64,000 nt of DNA from Calditrichales bacterium (GCA_965267575.1 OZ254086.1:1568001-1632000); one strand, 5' to 3'; shown: positions 18,972-28,657, numbered from the stretch's first letter. Program-made: numbers and translations. Notes: generated from the sequence alone by a model not told the origin.

Positions 18972-19714
18972 TGAAATTATATAAGCTAACGTTTAAAGCT
19001 CTTATGCTTTGGGTAATGCCGTTTTTCATTGTATTTTCATGTGCTACCCAAAAAAAGAGTGAAACAACGGATCGTTATAAAGATATGCGTGAAGAAATGA
19101 TCAAAAGGCAAATTGTTGCCCGTGGAGTAAAGGACAGTCTGGTTATTAAAGCCATGGAAACCGTGCCCCGCCATCTGTTTGTGCCGGAGCGTGAACGGGA
19201 AAAAGCTTACCGCGACGAACCACGAAGCATTGGCGAGGGACAAACGATCAGCCAGCCTTACATTGTGGCCTTTATGACCGAGGAGCTTGGCGTTAAGCCC
19301 GGAGATAAGGTGCTTGAAGTAGGCACCGGATCGGGTTACCAGGCCGCGGTCCTGTCACAAATCGTCGATAGCGTTTATACAATCGAAATAATTGAAGAGC
19401 TGGCCAATACGGCCCAAAATACGCTAAAAGAGCTCGGTTATGACAACGTGGTTGTTAAAGTGGGCGACGGTTATGCCGGCTGGCCCGAAGCCGCCCCCTT
19501 TGACGCCATTATTGTTACGGCGGCACCGCCTACCATTCCACCGCCGCTGCTGGAACAGCTTAAGCCCGGCGGCCGGATGATACTGCCCGTGGGCGAATAT
19601 GTGCAGGAGCTGACCGTGGTGGACAAAAGCGAAAGCGGCATCAATATGAAGAGTGTCCTGCCGGTTCGCTTTGTGCCGATGACAGGAAAGATTCAGGAAA
19701 AGAAAAAAGATTAA
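18968..19714 (+). CDS. pcm: Protein-L-isoaspartate O-methyltransferase with lipoprotein-like N-terminus
   Basis: [44 protein letters not shown]; leader ending FIVFSC. Confidence 0.93.
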   Translation: MMKLYKLTFKALMLWVMPFFIVFSCATQKKSETTDRYKDMREEMIKRQIVARGVKDSLVIKAMETVPRHLFVPEREREKAYRDEPRSIGEGQTISQPYIVAFMTEELGVKPGDKVLEVGTGSGYQAAVLSQIVDSVYTIEIIEELANTAQNTLKELGYDNVVVKVGDGYAGWPEAAPFDAIIVTAAPPTIPPPLLEQLKPGGRMILPVGEYVQELTVVDKSESGINMKSVLPVRFVPMTGKIQEKKKD

Positions 19715-19745
19715 TCCGAGCCGCAAGGAATCAAGGAAGCAGGAA

Positions 19746-20879
19746 TTGTATTCAAAACGACGCGAAAAGATAGCTGAATCGATAATAGGCCAAAAAATGA
19801 AGCGCGATTTCTGGGGGCGTCTGTATGGCCACCTGGTTTATAAGCAACACCGTGACGAACTCGGCGAAGAAGAGGTTTATGAAATCCAGAGGCGCCTGCT
19901 TGAAGAGGGGCTGTACACGCAGGCGGAGAAATCACCGTCCCATTACTATATCCGGGTGGTAGACTCCGAAAAGAAAAAGACAAAGCCGCGCATCGGACTG
20001 CACATATTTCTGCTTTTGCTAACGGTGCTGACGACCATGCTCACCGGCTCAAACCTGCTAATGCGCGACCCGCTGGCATCCTGGGCCGATTTCTGGATTG
20101 GCGGGCGTTATGCTTTTGCTCTGCTGGCCATTCTGTTTACACACGAAATGGGGCATTACCTTTACGCACGCTACTACAAGATCGATGTGACGCTGCCATA
20201 CTTCATTCCTTTTTACATCCCGTTTGCTTTTCATCCCGGTACACTGGGCGCGTTTATCCGCTTGCGTGCACCCATTCCCAACAAGAAAGCGCTCTTTGAT
20301 GTGGGCATTGCCGGGCCGTTGGCAGGATTCGTGATGAGCATTGCCTTCCTGCTTATTGGCTTTAACAGCGTGCCGCCGGAAGAGCAAATGTGGCAGTATA
20401 TTTCCACGCTGCACCCGCTGGATTATGACAATACAATTACGCTGACGCTGGGCGGTAATCTGCTGTACGATTTTATCGCCAATGCCATGGGCAAGTCGTA
20501 CCTGCCGATGTACGAGATGTACCATTTCCCCTATATTTTTGCCGGCTGGTTCGGCCTGCTTGTTACGGCCATTAACCTAATGCCCATCGGGCAGCTGGAC
20601 GGAGGCCACATAACATACGCCATGTTTGGGCCCAACGCCGGGCGGATTGCATTGCTGGCATTTGGAGCGTTGATTCTTCTTAATATCTACCTGATCTCAC
20701 AGTTCAGCAGTTTTGTATATGTGCTGTGGACAATACTGATTTTGGTGTTTATCCGCTTCAAGCATCCGCCGACCCTGGACGACAGCATCAGTATCGGACC
20801 CGGGCGAAGGGCATTGGGTATCTTGTCCTATGCCATTTTTGTCGTATGTTTTTCACCGCTACCGTTCTATTTGCAATAG
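19746..20879 (+). CDS. Site-2 protease (peptidase M50)
   Basis: HEMGH, AGPLAG, NLMPIGQLDGGH; multiple TMs; TTG start uncertain. Confidence 0.9.
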   Translation: MYSKRREKIAESIIGQKMKRDFWGRLYGHLVYKQHRDELGEEEVYEIQRRLLEEGLYTQAEKSPSHYYIRVVDSEKKKTKPRIGLHIFLLLLTVLTTMLTGSNLLMRDPLASWADFWIGGRYAFALLAILFTHEMGHYLYARYYKIDVTLPYFIPFYIPFAFHPGTLGAFIRLRAPIPNKKALFDVGIAGPLAGFVMSIAFLLIGFNSVPPEEQMWQYISTLHPLDYDNTITLTLGGNLLYDFIANAMGKSYLPMYEMYHFPYIFAGWFGLLVTAINLMPIGQLDGGHITYAMFGPNAGRIALLAFGALILLNIYLISQFSSFVYVLWTILILVFIRFKHPPTLDDSISIGPGRRALGILSYAIFVVCFSPLPFYLQ

Positions 20880-20885
20880 GAGCCT

Positions 20886-21479
20886 ATGTTTCAGATTTCC
20901 CTTATCGTTGTCGCCGTGCTTTTTCTTGTCTGGGGTGCCCTGATATACGTCCGCAAAACCATGTGGGATGCCGTGCACCGTAACCTGCTTGATCTTGTCG
21001 ATAACTATTCGGGCAAGGTGATTCGCAACGGCTTTGCGGCACGACCGGTCTTTCACGGACAGGTTAATAACAACGATCTGACTATAAATTTCAGCAGCGC
21101 CAAATCGGTAAAAGGCCGTGAAAGCTATATCGATTTTACGTTTACGCAAGCATCGGAAATTACTGTCACTATTGCCGAAATGGAGTGGCTGAAGCAGCAA
21201 AACGACGATGGCGAAATGCCCACCGGTATGCGCCTTCAGCTTCAGGATGATTTGATCTATATGGTTATGCCGGGTGATAACCGCAAACTGGAGCGCCTTG
21301 CTAAAAAGCCGGGCTTTCGCCGCGCGCTGGGACGCTTTTCCAATCTGGCCTATTTTTTTGTCGGCAAGAGCGGTACGATCTGCGAGTTCCGCGCTAAAGA
21401 CCTGCCACGCGAAACGGAATTCGACAAAATGCGCGAGCGCATTCAAAACATTCAATTAATGCTTAGTGAATTACAATGA
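20886..21479 (+). CDS. Hypothetical membrane-anchored protein
   Basis: SD AGGAG, N-terminal TM, coupled to era. Confidence 0.7.
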   Translation: MFQISLIVVAVLFLVWGALIYVRKTMWDAVHRNLLDLVDNYSGKVIRNGFAARPVFHGQVNNNDLTINFSSAKSVKGRESYIDFTFTQASEITVTIAEMEWLKQQNDDGEMPTGMRLQLQDDLIYMVMPGDNRKLERLAKKPGFRRALGRFSNLAYFFVGKSGTICEFRAKDLPRETEFDKMRERIQNIQLMLSELQ

Positions 21480-22372
21480 CTGAAACGTTATCTCAAAATC
21501 ATAAATCCGGGTATGTGACGCTGTTCGGGCTGCCCAATGCCGGCAAGTCCACGCTGATGAACCGCCTTCTGCAAATCCACCTGTCAATCATTTCGGCGCG
21601 GCCGCAGACAACGCGGCGCAATGTACTGGGCATTCTCAACGAGCCGGAGCTGCAGGTCATTTTTCTCGATACGCCCGGTGTGGTAAAACCTCAATACGCC
21701 TTGCATCATAAAATGCTGGCACAGATTGATTACGCGCTGGGCGACGCTGATTTGCTGCTGATGCTGGTGGATGCCACAAAGGACGAACACCCCGTCGAAA
21801 TCGATCTGCAACGCATGAACAGCACCCAAAAGCCGTTGCTGCTTTTGCTAAATAAAATCGATCTGGTTGAAAAGAAAAAGCTGCTGCCGCTGATCGCGCG
21901 CTACCAGGAACACTACACCTTCAAAGCAATCATCCCCATAAGTGCCGAAACGGGTGATGGCCTGGATGAGCTTAAAAATGAGATGAGCCGGCACCTGCCG
22001 TTGGGAGCGCCCTTTTATCCCAAAGACGCGCTGACCGACCAGCCCGAGCGCTTTTTTGTCGCCGAGCTGATCCGGGAACAGATTTTCCGGTCTTTTCACG
22101 AGGAAATTCCCTATGCCACAGAGGTCGTGGTGGAGGACTTCAAGGAGAGAAAAAAAGGCAAGGATTACATCCGGGCCGTCATATTTGTTGAGCGTGAATC
22201 GCAAAAAGGCATTTTGATAGGCGGCAAGGGTGAAAAGCTTAAGGCCGTGGGCAGCAAGGCGCGGGCGGCCATCGAAAAGTTTTTGCAGCGTCCGGTCTAC
22301 TTGCAGCTAAATGTAAAATTAAACGAAAAGTGGCGGCGCGACGAGGATAAGCTGCGCAAAATGGGCTACTGA
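21476..22372 (+). CDS. era: GTPase Era
   Basis: GLPNAGKSTL, QTTR, DTPG, NKID, KH domain EEIPY...SQKGILIG. Confidence 0.97.
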   Translation: MTETLSQNHKSGYVTLFGLPNAGKSTLMNRLLQIHLSIISARPQTTRRNVLGILNEPELQVIFLDTPGVVKPQYALHHKMLAQIDYALGDADLLLMLVDATKDEHPVEIDLQRMNSTQKPLLLLLNKIDLVEKKKLLPLIARYQEHYTFKAIIPISAETGDGLDELKNEMSRHLPLGAPFYPKDALTDQPERFFVAELIREQIFRSFHEEIPYATEVVVEDFKERKKGKDYIRAVIFVERESQKGILIGGKGEKLKAVGSKARAAIEKFLQRPVYLQLNVKLNEKWRRDEDKLRKMGY

Positions 22373-22373
22373 G

Positions 22374-23069
22374 ATGGAAGCGATCCTGCTACTTTTTGAC
22401 ATAGACGGTACGCTGATCAGCGGCAAGGGCGTACCCAAGCGTGTCATCCTCGAGGTACTCCGCAGACGCTTTCCCCATTACACGCGCGGCGAAGAAGTAC
22501 GCTTTTCCGGCATGACCGACCCGCAGATAGTGACCGACCTGTTGACGCTTAACAATCATGAAGAAATCACCAATAAAGATATAGAAAATATCCTCGATGA
22601 ATTTGTAGTTGAGCTGGCGCGCCATGTAACACCGGCATCGCCGCCACACATCCTGCCCGGCGTGCGCGCGCTTTTGGATGCCTGTGACGGTTATCGTCAT
22701 GTTTATTACGGCCTGGTTACCGGCAATATCATGAAAGGCGCGCAGATCAAATTACAGGCCGTCGATCTGTACCGCCGTTTTGCAGTTGGCGCCTTTGGCA
22801 ACGACCACATTTTGCGGGACAAGCTGCCGCCGCTGGCCTTGAAACGGGCGCAAAACTATTTTGACGTGCCGTTCTCGCCTGCGCGTACCTGGATCATCGG
22901 CGACAGCCTCAAAGATGTGCAGTGCGCTGTAAACAACGGATTGCGTTGTCTGGCTGTGGAAACCGGCCGCATTGAAGCCGCAACGTTAAAGGAGGCAGGC
23001 GCCACTGCGGTATTGAAAGATCTTTCGGATACCGGGGCCGTTCTAAAAATCCTGGAAATAGAAGCATGA
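22374..23069 (+). CDS. HAD-superfamily hydrolase
   Basis: LFDIDGTL motif I, LVTGN motif II, IIGDSLKD motif IV. Confidence 0.9.
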   Translation: MEAILLLFDIDGTLISGKGVPKRVILEVLRRRFPHYTRGEEVRFSGMTDPQIVTDLLTLNNHEEITNKDIENILDEFVVELARHVTPASPPHILPGVRALLDACDGYRHVYYGLVTGNIMKGAQIKLQAVDLYRRFAVGAFGNDHILRDKLPPLALKRAQNYFDVPFSPARTWIIGDSLKDVQCAVNNGLRCLAVETGRIEAATLKEAGATAVLKDLSDTGAVLKILEIEA

Positions 23070-24442
23070 ACAGGGGATACCGACCGCTCAGGCTGCTTAT
23101 TGTTGGTGGCGTTGCCGCCGGAATGAGCGCTGCCGCCCGCGCCCGGCGCAACGATCAGCGTGCCGAGATTACCGTTGTACAAAAAGAGGATGTGTTATCC
23201 TATAGCGCGTGCGGATTTCCCTATTTATTTGCCGGGGATCTAAGCCGTGAAGAACAGCTTATCGCCCGTGACCCCGCCTGGTTCCGCGGCAAAAATATCG
23301 AGATGCTTACCCGCCATGAAGCTCTGCGCATTGATGTGAGGCGCAAGGCAGTAGTCGCGCGCAATCTGCTTGACGGCAGTCAGAAATCACTGTTGTATGA
23401 CCGGCTTATTCTTGCCACCGGGGCGCGCGCCGTAGTGCCGCAGATCGAAGGGCGCGGTCTGGACGGCGTGTTCACCTTACGGCACTGGAATGATGCCCGC
23501 AAAATCAGCGATTTTCTTCAACGGCGAAATCCCAAATCCGCGCTTATTGTCGGCGCCGGATATACAGGCCTGGAAATGGCTGAAGCGTTGGCGCGCAAAG
23601 GTTTGAGTGTGACAATCGTTGAAAAGAATGAACGGCTGTTGCGCTCCGCCGACGAAGAGATCAACCGCTATATTCTGAATAGCCTGCGACTAAACAACGT
23701 GCAAATTCACTGCGGCAGGACCGTAGGTGCTTTTACCGGTGAAGATGTTGTGAAAAACGCGGTACTGGACAATGGCCGCGAGCTTGCCGCGGAGCTCGTT
23801 CTGATCAGCGCCGGGATAAAACCGCAGGTCTCCCTGGCACGTGAGGCGGATTTGCGCCTTGGGCCAAACGGAGCGATTGCAGTCAACAACAGTATGCAAA
23901 CATCCGAACACACAGTTTTTGCGGCCGGGGACTGTGCCGAGACAAGGCACCTGCTAACGCGCAAAGCTGTCTGGCTGCCCCTTGGCACCACCGCCAACAA
24001 GCAGGGTCGCGTCGCTGCAGACAATGCCTGCGGCATCAGCAGCGTTTTCAAAGGTGTGATGGGAACGTCGGTCGTGCGGCTCTTTGATCTTGAAGTGGGT
24101 CAAACAGGTTTGGGCATGGAAGAGGCGGCAAAACATTTTGGTGATGTGGAAAGCGTGGCCGTCGAAGCGCCCAGCCGGGCCGGCTATTTCCCCGGCGCGC
24201 AGAAGGTTACCGTAAAGCTGGTTTTCCGCAAAAATGACGGATTGCTGCTGGGTGGCCATTTGTGCGGCAGGGAAGGTGTCGCCAAACGCGTTGATGTGCT
24301 GGCCACGGCGCTGGCAGCAAAAATGACACTGGCCGATTTGTCAGAGCTGGATCTGAGCTACGCCCCGCCGTTTGCCCCCGTATGGGACCCGCTGCTGGTG
24401 GCGGCCAACGTTGGCCTGAAAAAAATCCGCCGAAAAATATAA
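23066..24442 (+). CDS. CoA-disulfide reductase / NADH oxidase-family flavoprotein
   Basis: GGVAAGMSAA, SYSACG redox Cys, LILATGA, GAGYTGLE, AAGDC, YAPPFAP. Confidence 0.88.
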   Translation: MNRGYRPLRLLIVGGVAAGMSAAARARRNDQRAEITVVQKEDVLSYSACGFPYLFAGDLSREEQLIARDPAWFRGKNIEMLTRHEALRIDVRRKAVVARNLLDGSQKSLLYDRLILATGARAVVPQIEGRGLDGVFTLRHWNDARKISDFLQRRNPKSALIVGAGYTGLEMAEALARKGLSVTIVEKNERLLRSADEEINRYILNSLRLNNVQIHCGRTVGAFTGEDVVKNAVLDNGRELAAELVLISAGIKPQVSLAREADLRLGPNGAIAVNNSMQTSEHTVFAAGDCAETRHLLTRKAVWLPLGTTANKQGRVAADNACGISSVFKGVMGTSVVRLFDLEVGQTGLGMEEAAKHFGDVESVAVEAPSRAGYFPGAQKVTVKLVFRKNDGLLLGGHLCGREGVAKRVDVLATALAAKMTLADLSELDLSYAPPFAPVWDPLLVAANVGLKKIRRKI

Positions 24443-24541
24443 AGCGGTGCGCCCGGGCAACACAAACCGGCCATCCCGATTGGCGGCTGTGAATGTCTGG
24501 CCTCTCGCCAAATATGAAAGCAAACGCCGGAGTGCATTTTT

Positions 24542-24567
24542 TGGATTTCGGTTTTCATGGGAATGAC
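24542..24567. repeat. Degenerate REP half-element
   Basis: TGGATTTCGGTTTTCATGGGAATGAC, same ends as 6239-6264 and 33740-33764. Confidence 0.6.
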
Positions 24568-24604
24568 AAATCGGATTTTTCTTGTACGGAAAAAACCTGG
24601 GAAG

Positions 24605-24673
24605 AAAAGACCAGGAGCAGGATCATGATCAAGATGACTTCCGGACTTCAAGACTTCCGGACATCTTGACTTA
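24605..24673. repeat. Composite 6-mer plus 8-mer array, copy 2
   Basis: AAAA-GACCAG-GAGCAG-GATCAT-GATCAA-GAT followed by GACTTCCG GACTTCAA GACTTCCG GACATCTT GACTTA. Confidence 0.85.
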
Positions 24674-24681
24674 TAAATCAA

Positions 24682-25203
24682 TCAAAAACTTTCTATGTGC
24701 TCTTTGAAGGCTTGCAGGTTGGAGCGCAGCAGGTTTCTAAATTGACTTTCCAGTTTAAAGCGATGGAAGAGCCGAGCGGTTACCCCCGGCAGTCTGTAGC
24801 TGATTTGCCAGCGTACTTCGGTGCTGCCGTCAGCCAGGCCGCTTATAACGATTTTCCCGCCGATTTCATGCAGCATGCTGTAGCGTTCTTTTCCCACCTC
24901 AATAAAATCAACTGTCGTTGCGCCTTCGCGTACGCGCACCTGCTGGTTGGCGATTATGGTCGCACCGTCCAGTGTGTAGCGCACCTGGCGGTGGGTGTAA
25001 TTATGATTGTAAAGTGTGGCGGTCTCATTTTGCCATTTATCATGCTCCTCAAAGCGCAGCAGCGTATTCCAAACCACAGCCTGCGGTGCCTCAATCACAA
25101 TGGCCTCTTCAAGCGCGGGCTGTTGCGGCGTGCTAAGGCCCAAAACAGCCAAAACCAGTACGGTAAAAGTCAGCAATGCGGAAATAGAGAGGATTGTTCT
25201 CAT
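24682..25203 (-). CDS. SRPBCC (polyketide cyclase/START-like) family protein with N-terminal anchor
   Basis: IVIEAPQAVVWNTL...W, DGSTEVRW and C-terminal helix NLQAFKEHIE pattern. Confidence 0.75.
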   Translation of the reverse strand: MRTILSISALLTFTVLVLAVLGLSTPQQPALEEAIVIEAPQAVVWNTLLRFEEHDKWQNETATLYNHNYTHRQVRYTLDGATIIANQQVRVREGATTVDFIEVGKERYSMLHEIGGKIVISGLADGSTEVRWQISYRLPGVTARLFHRFKLESQFRNLLRSNLQAFKEHIESF

Positions 25204-25238
25204 GTAATCAGCCGTTTATTCATGCGGCCAATATAATG

Positions 25239-25284
25239 AAAAAAGAGATAGGATGAAGCCATATAGCGCGCTAAATCCTATCTC
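25239..25284 (-). terminator. Intrinsic terminator of the redoxin operon
   Basis: GAGATAGGAT...ATCCTATCTC stem followed by a T-run on the minus strand. Confidence 0.7.
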
Positions 25285-25304
25285 CAGGGGCTGGGGACGT
25301 TTGC

Positions 25305-26078
25305 TTACTTAAGCAGCACAATTCGATTCGTTTTTACAAGATCGTCACTTTGCAGACGCAGAAAGTAAATACCGGAAGAAACCAGTTGTCCCGCATCATC
25401 CAGGCCATCCCAGGATGCTTCATAACTGCCTGCGCCGAATTTCGCATTTACGATAGTTCTTACCTGTGCGCCGCGTGCATCATAAACAGCCAGTTTTACC
25501 GATCGTGTTTTATCCACTGTAAACGGAATGCGTGTCGTCGGGTTGAACGGGTTGGGATAGTTGTCTTTTAGTTCAAAGCTGTAGGCCACGGCCGGCTCTT
25601 CGATGGAGGTTGCCATCAGGAGAGCGTTAATGGTGTTATTGATCGTGCTGGTTTCCGCGGTAGGTCTGTACAGGCGAATGATGCCTTCCTGATCTATGAC
25701 CGTGCTGTTTTGGTAAGAGGCCCCGTAAGCACTTGCTGTGCCACTGCCATTCATAAGTAGATCGTACTCTATCTTTGATGCGGATTGGAAGTCCAGGACC
25801 TGACTCAGGCTTCCATTGGCAACGTCAATCGCCATGCCCTTAAAAACATCGCTCGAGTATTGATCCACGATTTCCTTTTGCGTTGTTTCCCCCTCCGCAC
25901 GGCAAATAGAACACCAATAGGCAATCCAGTTAATATAAATGACCTTACCCTCGTGATCGCTTAAGCGAACCTTGCTTCCGTCCGGCTTGCTCAACTCAAA
26001 ATCCGGCGCTTCGTTGCCCTCTTGTGCCATGGCCGGCAGCACAAAAAATACAACCAACAAAATAATCAGCTTTTTCAT
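25305..26078 (-). CDS. Secreted redoxin (thioredoxin fold, CSIC) with C-terminal FlgD-Ig/T9SS-type sorting-like domain
   Basis: Signal peptide, APDFEL, YWCSIC; C-terminus NYPNPFNPTT...WDG...SGIYFLRL...IVLLK. Confidence 0.85.
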   Translation of the reverse strand: MKKLIILLVVFFVLPAMAQEGNEAPDFELSKPDGSKVRLSDHEGKVIYINWIAYWCSICRAEGETTQKEIVDQYSSDVFKGMAIDVANGSLSQVLDFQSASKIEYDLLMNGSGTASAYGASYQNSTVIDQEGIIRLYRPTAETSTINNTINALLMATSIEEPAVAYSFELKDNYPNPFNPTTRIPFTVDKTRSVKLAVYDARGAQVRTIVNAKFGAGSYEASWDGLDDAGQLVSSGIYFLRLQSDDLVKTNRIVLLK

Positions 26079-26089
26079 AACTCCTCCTT

Positions 26090-27622
26090 TTATAGGCGAC
26101 TGTTCCAGGTAAGCTCAAGGCCTTCAAACGGCAATACTTCATAACATATACCGCCGGTGCAGGCATTCCCTCCACGCCGCTTTCCGTAAAAAAGTCCGAG
26201 GTCGTGGCGGCCGTTAAAACGATACAAAACAGAAATGGCGGGCCAGTAGTCAAATTCCAGGTTTTGTCCAAGGCGGTCGTTTTCAAGGGGATCGTTACTG
26301 CGCTCGACCAGCATTGAAACGGAAAAATCTGGGGCATAGCTGAGTGTTGCGCTGGCAAGCTGGTTCTGCGCGGAATGATCAAATTGAGGATTGCCATAAT
26401 CTCTGTCAAACCACTGTTGCTGCAACTCGCCGTTTATGCTCCATAAGCCGCCAAGGGTCTTCTCCACCGCAATACCCCCCGTATAACGGTCCCTGATCAG
26501 AAAAAGGTCATCTTCTGAAAAATCGCCAAATGCCTTTACCAGCAAACCGTCCGTCAGGTAAAGATTGATGTCGGCGTAGTATTCACGAAAAATCAGCAAC
26601 GCTGAGCCAAAATCATTCTGGGCGTAGCTGTTATTCAGCGTCACCGTATTGGACCCGCCGATGTTTACCAGCAGTTCGGCCTGATAGCCTTTTTCGTTGA
26701 CAGGCTCCACGTTGTGAGTGGCACGGTTGAGCAGCGTGTAACTGTGCTGACGAACCAGTTGCGGCGCCTCGTTAAAAACCAGGTTGAAATCATTATAATC
26801 CTTGTACTCCAGCGTCAGGCTGGCCCGGCTGCCCAGTGTCTGGCTGATGCTGCCATAAAAAGCGTGCGGCGATTGTTTCCCGAATTTAAGCAGCTGATAG
26901 CGCGGCGAGCTGTTTTGAACATACTCCGCGTAATACTGCGTTTGCCCCAGGTATCCTGAAAAATTGGCTCCGGCGTACTCCATTACGTTGCCGTCCGTGT
27001 CCGAGCGCAGGTAAAGTATACCGGGCGTCGCGTAGCCGGCCAGATTAACGTTGACCTCACCACCGTGCACCAGGCTGGGACGTCGCTGCTCTTTTTTGCG
27101 CATCGGCGGGGCGCTGAAATCAAGCGGTCTGCCGCTAAGCACTTTTGCCGAAATGAGATCGCCCTGGTAGCGGACGGAAACACCTTCGATGTCTTTAAAA
27201 AAGGCATAGCGCTGGCGGCTGGCACCATCTTCAAAAGTGGTGCCGGGAACCTCGTAGCCCCTCAGCAACAATCCGCGTCCCAGTATTTCATAAAAATGGC
27301 CGGCCTGTACTCGCCAGTCTCCGACGGAGTAACGCCCGTAAAGCTGGCTGAGACGCTGGTATTCGGCGGGGCCGTCCACGTAAAAAGTCTCTATGCGCGC
27401 GCCCAGCGTAAGGCCGTCGCCGGAATAGCGCAGATTAAGCTGATTGTAAAGATTAGTGCGATTGCTCGGCTCCAGACGAGGCTCGTTGCCGGCCTGGTAT
27501 TCGCCACGCATCGTAACGTTTAGCTGCGCCGCAGATTCCCGTGGGATCAAAAGCAAAAACAGGCAGGATGCAATCGCAAAAAGAAAAAAGGAAGAGTTTT
27601 GGAAATTGTGTTTATTGCTCAT
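26090..27622 (-). CDS. Outer-membrane beta-barrel protein (DUF6029-like) with C-terminal CxxxxC
   Basis: Signal peptide, alternating amphipathic strands, GHFYEILGRGLLLR, terminal GGNACTGGICYEVLPFEGLEL. Confidence 0.75.
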   Translation of the reverse strand: MSNKHNFQNSSFFLFAIASCLFLLLIPRESAAQLNVTMRGEYQAGNEPRLEPSNRTNLYNQLNLRYSGDGLTLGARIETFYVDGPAEYQRLSQLYGRYSVGDWRVQAGHFYEILGRGLLLRGYEVPGTTFEDGASRQRYAFFKDIEGVSVRYQGDLISAKVLSGRPLDFSAPPMRKKEQRRPSLVHGGEVNVNLAGYATPGILYLRSDTDGNVMEYAGANFSGYLGQTQYYAEYVQNSSPRYQLLKFGKQSPHAFYGSISQTLGSRASLTLEYKDYNDFNLVFNEAPQLVRQHSYTLLNRATHNVEPVNEKGYQAELLVNIGGSNTVTLNNSYAQNDFGSALLIFREYYADINLYLTDGLLVKAFGDFSEDDLFLIRDRYTGGIAVEKTLGGLWSINGELQQQWFDRDYGNPQFDHSAQNQLASATLSYAPDFSVSMLVERSNDPLENDRLGQNLEFDYWPAISVLYRFNGRHDLGLFYGKRRGGNACTGGICYEVLPFEGLELTWNSRL

Positions 27623-28100
27623 CTCCGGCCCCCAGCAGCGTCTCAATTTCCTTTTTGATCACCTGTTCATCGCCGGGGCGGTAACCGGTATGGGTGTACA
27701 CAATCTCGTTTTGCGCATTCACGATCAGCAGCGTGGGGTAACTGCTTACGCCAAGCTCGGCGGCCAGCTCGGCGTTGGGATCGCGCAAAATGGGATAGGT
27801 AATATTATGAATTTGACTGAACGGTTTAACTTTGGCGCTGTTGCGCGGGCCGTCCACACTTATCCCGATCAGTTCCACGCCGCGGTCACGATAGGTTTTG
27901 TAAATGGCGTTGAGCTTGGGGATGGACTGAACACAGGGTTTACACCACGTGGCCCAAAAATCGATCAGAGTCAGTTTTTCGCCCTGCAGTTCCGAAAAAC
28001 GCGTGTTTTGATTGTCCAGGTTCTTCAGGGTAAAGTCGGGCACATCCGCGGCATATAGCAGCGAGCAGAATGCAAGCGATAGAAAAAATCCTTTAATCAT
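27612..28100 (-). CDS. TlpA/ResA-family thiol-disulfide oxidoreductase
   Basis: Signal peptide, PDFTL, DFWATWCKPC, cis-Pro motif SYPT. Confidence 0.92.
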   Translation of the reverse strand: MIKGFFLSLAFCSLLYAADVPDFTLKNLDNQNTRFSELQGEKLTLIDFWATWCKPCVQSIPKLNAIYKTYRDRGVELIGISVDGPRNSAKVKPFSQIHNITYPILRDPNAELAAELGVSSYPTLLIVNAQNEIVYTHTGYRPGDEQVIKKEIETLLGAGDEQ

Positions 28101-28111
28101 GTAAGATTTCC

Positions 28112-28627
28112 TTATTGTAGAAGTCCGTCGATGACGCCTTTAATTTCACTGATATTCACACGGCGTTTTTTGTAAACGATGTTTTGGTCCTGGTCCACGA
28201 TGACGATGGAGTCGTAGGACACACCGTAGACGTTGCCCACACCGCTGGCTTCAAGCAGCAGCGGATAGCTGGCGCCCGTGGCGATCTTGAAATTGTTGGC
28301 CAGCTGGCTGCGTGTTCCGTTCCAGACATCCAGCCCCAGCACCTGCACGTTTTGGCCCATATAGCCCTGATGCAGCTGGCTTTCCACCGAAGGGCCCTCG
28401 CCGATGCACAGCGGACAGTTGTAACCCAGGAAAAACAATACAACCACTTCGCCCTGATAATCGCTAAGCGAGACGCTGCCATGGTCCAGGCTTTCCAGTG
28501 TAAAATCCGGCGCGCTTTGGGCATTGTTGTTATTTGTACCATCATCATCATTGTTGCTGCTTGTGCTGTTCTCCGAGCAGGCAATCAGGAAAAGAAATAA
28601 TAATAATAAAGAGGCAATTTTGTACAT
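28112..28627 (-). CDS. Redoxin lipoprotein (thioredoxin fold, CPLC)
   Basis: SD GGAG, ATG 28627, lipobox LIAC, Asn/Asp linker, APDFTL, GYNCPLC. Confidence 0.85.
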   Translation of the reverse strand: MYKIASLLLLFLFLIACSENSTSSNNDDDGTNNNNAQSAPDFTLESLDHGSVSLSDYQGEVVVLFFLGYNCPLCIGEGPSVESQLHQGYMGQNVQVLGLDVWNGTRSQLANNFKIATGASYPLLLEASGVGNVYGVSYDSIVIVDQDQNIVYKKRRVNISEIKGVIDGLLQ

Positions 28628-28657
28628 GGTTTTACTCCGTGATCGATTTCTGGCATA

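Noticed and set aside
25305-28627. Selenocysteine (UGA) in the redoxin active sites
   Set aside because: All CxxC motifs use Cys codons and the ORFs are uninterrupted.
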